Origin: Gemmatimonadota bacterium
GTDB lineage: Bacteria; Gemmatimonadota; Gemmatimonadetes; Palauibacterales; Palauibacteraceae
NCBI GenBank assembly: GCA_039587395.1
Contig: JBDHIQ010000090.1
Location: forward strand, 1 to 16,007
DNA length: 16,007 nucleotides
Direction: 5' to 3'
A program made the position numbers and the translations under genes. Of this stretch, positions 1 to 6,282 are shown in pieces (the stretch's first letter is position 1; each line of letters begins with the position of its first letter). Under the pieces are notes generated by a model. It worked only from the letters and a program-made list of their open reading frames with translations, was not told the DNA's origin and did no database searches.

Positions 1-762
1 CCATCCGGGTGGGTCACCTTCGAAATGAGGAACGAGGGGCGCGAGCACCACTTCTTCCTCCTGAACCTCCTGCCTGACGGCAAGACCCTGGAGGAGTATC
101 AGGCTGAAGTCGCAACGCCGTTCGACTCCGTGTGGCATGCACTGAACACGGGTTCCGTGGACAAGGCGGAGGCTGGGCAGATGCTGGGCAGTCTCCTTCC
201 TGAGTGGTATGCCTCCGTTCGGCAGATGGGGGGAACCGGTCTCACTGCGCCGGGCCGAACCGCACGCACGACGGCGAACCTGGAGCCGGGCCTGTACGTC
301 ATGGAATGCTACGTTAAGACGCCCGACGGGACCTTTCACACGTCCCTTGGAATGCAGCGGCAGATCACGGTCACTGACACGGACTCCGGCGGGTCGGCTC
401 CCGAGGCCGACGTCAACATCAGCCTGTCCAACTTCCAGATCCTCGTCGAGGGTGAGGTTACACCCGGAGAGCACACCGTCGCGGTCCATTTCCAGGCGCA
501 CCCTGAATTCGGTTTGGGCAACGACATTCACTTGGTCCGGTTGGACGACGAAGTCAGCCTGGACGACGTCATTCTCTGGATGGACTGGATGAACATTGGC
601 GGCCTTCGATCGCCCGCCCCGGCTTCATTCCTTGGCGGTACTCAGGAGATGCCGATTGGTCACACAGCGTACTTCACCGTGGACCTGGAGCCCGGTCGCT
701 ACGCCTGGATCGCAGAGTCGACGGCCGCCCAGGGGATGGTCAAGCAGTTCACCGTGGAGTGA
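1..762 (+). CDS. Hypothetical protein, 5'-partial (ORF open to the window edge; first Met at 25). Two tandem cupredoxin-like repeats each carry LEPG-Y...GM...TV. The first has a possible type-1 Cu ligand set (H38, C95, H105, M110 counted from Met25); the second lacks the Cys/His
   Basis: Six-frame ORF 25..762 is open upstream to position 1 in the same frame. No signal peptide is visible, so the N-terminus is probably outside the window. The motif GLYVMECYVKTPDGTFHTSLGMQRQITV resembles the C-terminal Cys-His-Met loop of plastocyanin/azurin-type blue copper proteins (my recollection of that family). There is an internal repeat at EPGRYAWIAESTAAQGMVKQFTV. Confidence 0.5.
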   Translation, partial: PSGWVTFEMRNEGREHHFFLLNLLPDGKTLEEYQAEVATPFDSVWHALNTGSVDKAEAGQMLGSLLPEWYASVRQMGGTGLTAPGRTARTTANLEPGLYVMECYVKTPDGTFHTSLGMQRQITVTDTDSGGSAPEADVNISLSNFQILVEGEVTPGEHTVAVHFQAHPEFGLGNDIHLVRLDDEVSLDDVILWMDWMNIGGLRSPAPASFLGGTQEMPIGHTAYFTVDLEPGRYAWIAESTAAQGMVKQFTVE

Positions 763-979
763 TCATTCTGATCGGCTGGCGAACATGAAGATACGCCAGA
801 AGACGAGGACGACTTCTTCTCTCTCATCGAAGACTACCTGAGCTGATCCCAGCCAGCCGGGCATCTTCGCGCACGCGGGTGCCCGACCTATTAGCTTCCC
901 TACGCAATACCGTGGGACCCCATTCGGCTGCGGGTCCGCGGATAGCCAACCTGCGGTTTCAAACAAGAGGTCAGTCAAG

Positions 980-2626
980 ATGTTGTCACGCTTCACCCCC
1001 ACGTCGTCGCTTGCCCTGGCATGTTTCGCGATCGTTGCCGCACTCGCTGCGCCCCGCGCCGCGGCGCAGGAGCCAGTGCACATAGAGGGGCTGGGGAGCC
1101 TGTCGTTCCCGAACTCCGGCGACATCGAGGCCCAGAGTGACTTTCTGAGCGGCGTGCTGCTGGTGCACAGCTTCGAGTATGATCGGGCGGCAGACGCGTT
1201 TCGCAGGGCACAGGAGATCGACCCGGATTTCGCCATGGCCTACTGGGGCGAGGCGATGACCTACACGCACCCGGTGTGGAACCAGAAGGACACGGACGCT
1301 GCCCGAACAGCGCTTGCTCGCCTGGGGCCTACGGCTGACGCCCGGCTCGCAAAAGCGCCGACCGAGCGGGAGAAGGGCTACCTGTCCGCCGTGGAAGTGC
1401 TATACGGCGAAGGCAAGAAGGCCTCGCTGGACACCCTGTATGCCGCCGAGATGGCAAAGCTCGCGAATGCGTATCCGGACGATCTCGAGGCGCAGGCATT
1501 TCACGCGCTCGCGCTGCTGGGATTGAGCCAGGGAGATCGTGACGTTCCGACCTATATGGAGGCGGGTGCGATCGCGCTGGCCGCGTTTAACCAGAACCCG
1601 GATCATCCGGGCGCGGCGCACTACACCATCCATTCGTTCGATGACCCGACGCATGCCATCCTCGCGATGGATGCAGCCCACGCCTACTCGGTGATCGCGC
1701 CCAACGCAGGGCACGCGCAGCACATGACCACGCATATCTTCCTGGCCCGCGGGATGTGGGACGATGTGGTGGCCCAGAACCTCCGTGCGGTGGACGTGTC
1801 GAACCGCACGCGGATGGAGCGCGGCGGCCTGGCCAGTGCGTGCGGCCACTACAGTGAGTGGCTGTTGTACGGCTACGACCAGCAGGGCCGGTACGAAATG
1901 ACGGCCGACGGGCTGGCGGAGTGTCTGGCACAGAGCCAGGACCGGGAGCGCCCTGACAACGCCCGGCGATCCGCGGCGTTCTCATTCGTTTACATGCGAG
2001 GCCTCCACCTGGCCAACACGCGCGACGGCCGGAGCGCCGCCGCGACGGCCAGAATGGATGTGCCTGAGCCCACGCGCACCATTCAGCTCATCAGAGCCTG
2101 GGGGGATGGCGTAGCAGCCCTTTACCGGGGAGAGCGCACTCCCGCCAAGACGGCCTACGAATTCCTGATGGAGAAGGGCGAGGACGCCCCACGCGACTTC
2201 GTGACGCCGTACCTGCCCGTCTGGCAGGGGACGCTAGAAGCGATGCTGCTGGCCGACGCGGGCGACATGGAATCCGCCATCTCGGCGGCCGGACGGGCGG
2301 CCGACTACGAGGCGTCGCTTCCGGTCGACTTCGGTCCCCCCCTGGCGCTCAAACCCGCGCGTGAGCTTGAAGGCGACCTGCTCCTGCAGAACGGCCAGCA
2401 CGCCCAGGCCATGACGGCCTTCCAGCGGCAGCTAGGCCGAACGCCAAACCGAATCGTGACCCTGGGCGGATTCGCCCGAGCCAGCGTCGCGGCGGGACGA
2501 ACGGACCTGGCCGAGCAGACGTACCGGTTGCTGGCCGAGCTCCTCCGGCAGGCTGACGCGAATCAGCTCGAGCACGACGAGGCGCACGCCTTTCTTTCAG
2601 GGCTGGCCGGATCCGGGGAGTCATGA
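980..2626 (+). CDS. Secreted hypothetical protein with a Sec-type signal peptide, TPR-like helical repeats and a His-rich segment
   Basis: 548-aa ORF. The N-terminus MLSRFTPTSSLALACFAIVAALAAPRAAAQEP is a classic signal peptide with an AxA cleavage site. An AAGAGG Shine-Dalgarno-like motif lies about 9 nt upstream of the ATG at 980. The stop overlaps the next gene start (ATGA at 2623-2626). Residues about 209-252 contain 10 His (HPGAAHYTIHSFDDPTHAILAMDAAHAYSVIAPNAGHAQHMTTH). Confidence 0.6.
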   Translation: MLSRFTPTSSLALACFAIVAALAAPRAAAQEPVHIEGLGSLSFPNSGDIEAQSDFLSGVLLVHSFEYDRAADAFRRAQEIDPDFAMAYWGEAMTYTHPVWNQKDTDAARTALARLGPTADARLAKAPTEREKGYLSAVEVLYGEGKKASLDTLYAAEMAKLANAYPDDLEAQAFHALALLGLSQGDRDVPTYMEAGAIALAAFNQNPDHPGAAHYTIHSFDDPTHAILAMDAAHAYSVIAPNAGHAQHMTTHIFLARGMWDDVVAQNLRAVDVSNRTRMERGGLASACGHYSEWLLYGYDQQGRYEMTADGLAECLAQSQDRERPDNARRSAAFSFVYMRGLHLANTRDGRSAAATARMDVPEPTRTIQLIRAWGDGVAALYRGERTPAKTAYEFLMEKGEDAPRDFVTPYLPVWQGTLEAMLLADAGDMESAISAAGRAADYEASLPVDFGPPLALKPARELEGDLLLQNGQHAQAMTAFQRQLGRTPNRIVTLGGFARASVAAGRTDLAEQTYRLLAELLRQADANQLEHDEAHAFLSGLAGSGES

Positions 2627-3477
2627 TGTCGACATTCAGACTCTGGCCGTGTCTTGCCGGCGTGGTGTTTTTCGGCTGCCAGGCGCCTTACTCGGATGGT
2701 GGCACTGAATCCGAGGGTGGTACCGACTCCGGACCCGATTTCGCGGCCGTGTTCGACGGGTCCGGCGGACGCTGGGTGGACCTCAGCCACGCGTATTCGC
2801 AGGAGACCATCTATTGGCCGACGGACACGCTGGGCTTCCAGTTCGAGGAGCTGGCCTACGGGGACACCGGCGCCGGCTATTTCTACAGCGCCTACCGGCT
2901 CGCCACCGCAGAACACGGCGGGACGCATCTGGACGCTCCCATCCACTTTGCGCGCGACGGCGAAGCGGTCGACGCGATCCCGGTCGAGAGGCTGATTGGC
3001 CCGGCCGTAGTCCTTGATGTTCGCGACCACGCGACGGCCAATTACCAGGTCAGCGTGGCCGATCTCGAGACGTTCGAGCGCGACCACGGTCCGATCCCGA
3101 CCGACGCAATCCTACTGATCCGGACGGGTTGGGGCGATCGCTGGCCGAACCGCGAAGCGTACCTGGGGACCACGGTGGTGGGGCAGGAGGCGATACCCGA
3201 CCTGCACTTCCCCGGGTTGCACCCCGATGCCGCTCGCTGGCTCGTAGAGTACCGCTCGGTCGGTGCCGTAGGGATCGATACGCCCAGCATCGATTACGGC
3301 CAGTCCGGCGACTTCGCGGCGCATGTAGTGCTCTATGCCTCCGGCATCCCCGGGCTCGAGAATATCGCGAATCTGGGTACGCTCCCGGAGACGGGCAGCT
3401 TCGTGGTCGCGCTTCCGATGAAGATCGAAGGTGGCAGCGGGGCGCCTGTACGAATCGTCGCGTTCATCCCGGGCTGA
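2623..3477 (+). CDS. Cyclase-family protein (kynurenine formamidase-like metal-dependent hydrolase, PF04199-like) with an N-terminal signal peptide, possibly a lipoprotein
   Basis: 284-aa ORF. The motif HGGTHLDAPIHF matches the HxGTHxDxPxH metal-binding signature of the putative cyclase / KynB family. N-terminus MMSTFRLWPCLAGVVFFGCQAP is signal-peptide-like. Start is translationally coupled to the upstream gene by a 4-nt ATGA overlap. Confidence 0.8.
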   Translation: MMSTFRLWPCLAGVVFFGCQAPYSDGGTESEGGTDSGPDFAAVFDGSGGRWVDLSHAYSQETIYWPTDTLGFQFEELAYGDTGAGYFYSAYRLATAEHGGTHLDAPIHFARDGEAVDAIPVERLIGPAVVLDVRDHATANYQVSVADLETFERDHGPIPTDAILLIRTGWGDRWPNREAYLGTTVVGQEAIPDLHFPGLHPDAARWLVEYRSVGAVGIDTPSIDYGQSGDFAAHVVLYASGIPGLENIANLGTLPETGSFVVALPMKIEGGSGAPVRIVAFIPG

Positions 3478-3506
3478 CGGCCCGGGGGCGCTGCTTGTAG
3501 CACCCC

Positions 3507-3522
3507 GCGAGGGCTGCCTCGC
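3507..3522. terminator. Short GC hairpin (GCGAGG-GCTG-CCTCGC) between the convergent cyclase and DUF4440 genes; possible bidirectional terminator, no U-tract
   Basis: 6-bp perfect inverted repeat with a 4-nt loop, lying in the 49-bp gap between stop 3477 (+) and stop 3527 (-). Confidence 0.2.
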
Positions 3523-3526
3523 TGGC

Positions 3527-3982
3527 TCAGGGATCCTGTCCGCAGTCACAGGGTGGACACCCCTTGTCGAACACCACTCGCCAGCGGCCATCGGCCTCGA
3601 GCCGCCACACGGAGTTGAACGTGCCGACTCGCTGTCCATCCGGCGTCCGAACCGGTCCACTGCTCAGCGCCAGGGTGCCGTTATCGAGCACCTCGACTTG
3701 CTCCGGCTCCCACGAGAACGGTGCCGTGTCCCCCTGGAAGAAAGGGCTCCAACCCGCCCTCACCGCGTCGATTCCCCGCAAGACGTTCAGGCCGCCGAAG
3801 AACACCGCGTCTTCCGCAACGTGAGACAGGAAGGCCTCGAGATCCCGATCGGCCATCGTCCTGGCAAAAGCCGTCTCGGCCGACCGGACCTGGTCGGCCA
3901 GATCCTCGGGCGTCTGACTCTCCGCAGGTCCAGCGGTCAGAACGGATCCGACCACCAACAGAAGTATGCACGCGGCTCTCAT
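3527..3982 (-). CDS. Secreted DUF4440/SnoaL-like (NTF2-fold) protein, paralog copy 1, with C-terminal CPPCDC cysteine cluster
   Basis: The ORF track extends to 4108, but I place the start at Met 3980-3982 (MRAACILLLVVGSVLTAGPAESQ), giving a signal peptide directly parallel to that of copy 2. Body motifs VRSAETAFARTMADRDLEAF...AVFFGG...AGWSPFF fit the DUF4440/SnoaL-like NTF2 fold. C-terminus is FDKGCPPCDCGQDP. Confidence 0.75.
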   Translation of the reverse strand: MRAACILLLVVGSVLTAGPAESQTPEDLADQVRSAETAFARTMADRDLEAFLSHVAEDAVFFGGLNVLRGIDAVRAGWSPFFQGDTAPFSWEPEQVEVLDNGTLALSSGPVRTPDGQRVGTFNSVWRLEADGRWRVVFDKGCPPCDCGQDP

Positions 3983-4100
3983 AAGCTCTATCCGGTAACT
4001 GAAGTACGTCGCCAAGGTTGAGGTCCACCTGCAGAGGTTATCGCCAGCTCTTTCAAGATAAGGATGCCGAAACCTGACCGCGGGCGCACGCGAGCATGCG

Positions 4101-5240
4101 CTACTCACCTGCGTCGACCGACGGATTCTCGGCCTCGTTAGCCTGCCGAGTCTCCGCCTCGGCGATCGCGTCCTTGCCGAACGCGGTCAGACCGCCCAGC
4201 GCACCGAGGCCCATTGTCTCCACCGCCGTCGAAGGCACGATGATCATCGAGCCTTTCTGCCGCAGCCCCTCGTACACCATGTTCATCGCCCGCAGGTGCA
4301 GGGCAACGGGGTTGTCGCGGTAGTGTTCCGATGCGCTGGCGAACTTCTCGGCGATCTCCGTCTCGGCCGTGCCCAGGATGATCCGGCTCTGGCGCTCGCG
4401 TTCGGCCTGTGCCTGGCGCGACATGGCGTCTTCCAGGCCCTTCGGTATGATGATGTCGCGGATCTCCACGGCCTGCATCGTGACCCCCCAGCCGCTGGTC
4501 TTCTCTTCCAGTAGCGTCTGGATCTCAAGCCCCAGGCGGTCGCGCTCCGACAGCAGGATGGCCAGGTCGTTCTTGCCGATGGCATTCCGCAGTGCCGTCT
4601 GCGCCGACAGCACCACTGCCTCGTCGAAGTGCTCGACCTCCAGCACCGCTTTCTGCGCGTCCCACACCATCCAGAACGCGATGGCATCCACGTTCACCGG
4701 CACCGTGTCCGCCGTCAGCGTGGTCTCGGCGCTGAAATCCGTCACCCGGATCCGCTGGTCGACGAATTGTGCCACCTTGTCGATGATCGGCACGATCAGG
4801 AAGAGACCGGAGGTCCGAATTCCGCGGAAGCGGCCAAGGCGCAGTAGCACCGCCCGCTCCCACTGGTAGGCAATCTGTACAGATGGAGCGACGATCACGG
4901 CGATCACCGCCGTGATCAGGAGCACCTCGCTCTCAGGTCGCAGCTCCAGGAAGATCATTAACGCGTCCGCCGTGCCCAGTAGCACCACCCATTCCCACAT
5001 CTGCCCGAGCCGGAACAGAGTCGACAGCGCAAGTGCCGATCCCAGGGCCAGGGCGACTGCCGTCACCGAGAACGAGTACACGTTCAGGTGCACGACCAGC
5101 CCCGCCACGTATATCGCCACGAGGATCAACGCGTTCAGTGGCGAGAAACGGAAGTCGGCACGCATTGTGGCAGAGAACCTCTCCAGCGAAGGTCCCGGCC
5201 TCGCGCGGCCGGATCCTGCCCTACGAGACGGCCGGTTCAT
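4101..5240 (-). CDS. SPFH/band-7 (stomatin/prohibitin-like) membrane protein with an N-terminal multi-TM extension
   Basis: 379-aa ORF. Several hydrophobic helices at the N-terminus (LILVAIYVAGLVVHL, AVALALGSALALSTLF, LLITAVIAVIVAP) are followed by the SPFH core: YQWERAVLLRLGRFRGIRTSGLFLIVPIIDKV ... VTMQAVEIRDIIIPKGLEDAMSRQAQAERERQ. The start overlaps the GntR stop (ATGA at 5237-5240). An alternative start is Met at 5165. Confidence 0.8.
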   Translation of the reverse strand: MNRPSRRAGSGRARPGPSLERFSATMRADFRFSPLNALILVAIYVAGLVVHLNVYSFSVTAVALALGSALALSTLFRLGQMWEWVVLLGTADALMIFLELRPESEVLLITAVIAVIVAPSVQIAYQWERAVLLRLGRFRGIRTSGLFLIVPIIDKVAQFVDQRIRVTDFSAETTLTADTVPVNVDAIAFWMVWDAQKAVLEVEHFDEAVVLSAQTALRNAIGKNDLAILLSERDRLGLEIQTLLEEKTSGWGVTMQAVEIRDIIIPKGLEDAMSRQAQAERERQSRIILGTAETEIAEKFASASEHYRDNPVALHLRAMNMVYEGLRQKGSMIIVPSTAVETMGLGALGGLTAFGKDAIAEAETRQANEAENPSVDAGE

Positions 5241-5623
5241 GGGGATGACTCCTTTCTGGCGTGCAGTCCCTCGAGCACGTCGTCGACGGTAAAGCCATAG
5301 CCACCGGCTCGCGCCAGAAGCTCGGTGAGAATCTGGTCCAGCATCCGCTGCTTCTCGAGCTCGTCCACCCGCGGTTTCTCTTGACCGACATAGGTCCCCG
5401 AGCCCTGCTGCGTGTCGAGCACACCCTCGATCTCCAGCTCCCGGTAGGCACGGATGACCGTGTTCGGATTGACCGAGAGATCCACCGCCAGCTGGCGGAC
5501 CGTGGGCAGCTGCTCACCCGGAGCCAGTCCCCCCCGGGCGATGGCGAACTTCACCTGTTCGATGATCTGGCGGTAGAACGGGACGCCGCTCTTCGGATCG
5601 ATCAAGAAGTCCAAGATTTGCAC
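5237..5623 (-). CDS. GntR-family transcriptional regulator, short YtrA-like subfamily (winged HTH plus about 50-aa C-terminal helices)
   Basis: 128 aa. N-terminus MQILDFLIDPKSGVPFYRQIIEQVKFAIARGGLAPGEQLPTVRQLAVDLSVNPNTVIRAYRELE matches the GntR HTH signature. The start codon is GTG (plus-strand CAC at 5621-5623); there is no in-frame ATG before the upstream stop. It is 4-nt overlapped with the downstream SPFH gene. Confidence 0.8.
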   Translation of the reverse strand: MQILDFLIDPKSGVPFYRQIIEQVKFAIARGGLAPGEQLPTVRQLAVDLSVNPNTVIRAYRELEIEGVLDTQQGSGTYVGQEKPRVDELEKQRMLDQILTELLARAGGYGFTVDDVLEGLHARKESSP

Positions 5624-5644
5624 ATCATCTAGTGAGATAGTGAA

Positions 5645-5656
5645 CTAGTATACTAG
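5645..5656. promoter_or_regulatory. Perfect 12-bp palindrome CTAGTATACTAG (GTATAC core), a candidate GntR-type operator in the divergent promoter region
   Basis: Seen directly at 5645-5656, 22-33 bp upstream of the GntR start. It sits in a roughly 70-bp AT-rich island (about 30% GC) within a genome of about 65-70% GC. CTAG occurs three times within 30 bp, and TAGTGA direct repeats lie at 5630-5635 and 5638-5643. GntR-family operators are typically palindromes with GT..AC cores (established knowledge). Confidence 0.4.
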
Positions 5657-5660
5657 AGCA

Positions 5661-5690
5661 ATAATACAAACTATACGGCGCTGATGTCAA
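5661..5690 (-). promoter_or_regulatory. Sigma70-like promoter for the GntR-SPFH operon: -35 TTGACA (5690-5685), 18-bp spacer, -10 TATTAT (5666-5661). The predicted TSS falls inside the palindrome
   Basis: Minus-strand read 5690 to 5641 is TTGACAtcagcgccgtatagtttgTATTATtgctctagtatactagttca. Assumes E. coli-like consensus applies to this organism. Confidence 0.3.
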
Positions 5691-5811
5691 CCCGGTCTGG
5701 TGGTTCCCCGGTTCGGGCGGTGTCGATATTGCGAAGACCGCAGGATCACGTACCATCCATGGTGAGTTCGGGTGACATGCCTGTGCGTTTCACCAGCCTG
5801 AGGACCAGCCC

Positions 5812-6282
5812 ATGGCACTCATCGGATTTCGGCTCAATGGCGAGCCCACGGAATTGGATATCGACCCCAACCGTAGGCTCCTCTGGGTACTGCGCACCGA
5901 TCTGGCGCTCACCGGCGCCAAGTACGGCTGCGGTGCCGGATTGTGTGGATCCTGCACGGTGATCGTGGACGGTGAGCCCGTCCGCTCGTGCCGTACGCGG
6001 ATGCGAGACGTCGAAGGCGCCGACTTGATGACCATCGAAGGACTGGCCAGCGACGGGAATCTTCATCCGCTGCAGGAAGAGTTTGCCGAACGGGGCGCCC
6101 TGCAATGTGGCTACTGCACGCCCGGCATGATCATGAATGCCTACGGCCTGCTGCTCGACAACCCCAGTCCGAGCCGTGACGAGATCATCGAGGGGATGAA
6201 CCGCAACCTGTGCCGCTGCGCTGCGCACAAGCGCATCGTGGAAGCCATCGAAGCGGTGGCCGGAAGGGCGGGGGCCCGATGA
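5812..6282 (+). CDS. (2Fe-2S)-binding small subunit of an aldehyde oxidase / xanthine dehydrogenase-family molybdenum hydroxylase (IorA/CoxS-like)
   Basis: 156 aa. Plant-type ferredoxin cysteines GCGAGLCGSCTV and second cluster motif QCGYCTPGMIMNAYGLL ... NLCRCAAHKRI are present. GAGGA Shine-Dalgarno motif lies 6 nt upstream of the ATG. Stop overlaps the next start (ATGA at 6279-6282). Confidence 0.9.
   Translation: MALIGFRLNGEPTELDIDPNRRLLWVLRTDLALTGAKYGCGAGLCGSCTVIVDGEPVRSCRTRMRDVEGADLMTIEGLASDGNLHPLQEEFAERGALQCGYCTPGMIMNAYGLLLDNPSPSRDEIIEGMNRNLCRCAAHKRIVEAIEAVAGRAGAR

Noticed and set aside
763-979. Possible small ORFs, terminator or tRNA in the 217-nt gap after the first gene (for example MKIRQKTRTTSSLSSKTT, or an acidic-tail frame ...EDTPEDEDDFFSLIEDYLS)
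   Set aside because: No start codon or RBS for the acidic frame. No tRNA-like T-arm (GTTC..A..C) sequence. The GGGACCC...GGGTCC hairpin is weak and lacks a U-tract.
3983-4108. Upstream extension of DUF4440 copy 1 to 4108 (MSSACSRAPAVRF...)
   Set aside because: The paralog alignment shows the conserved protein begins at the signal peptide Met (3980-3982). The extension has no counterpart in copy 2.
6210-6278. ORF-track start of the Mo subunit at 6210
   Set aside because: It lies inside the (2Fe-2S) subunit coding region. Met 6279 (ATGA coupling, purine-rich SD) or Met 6363 (Tat RR at the N-terminus) are the plausible starts.
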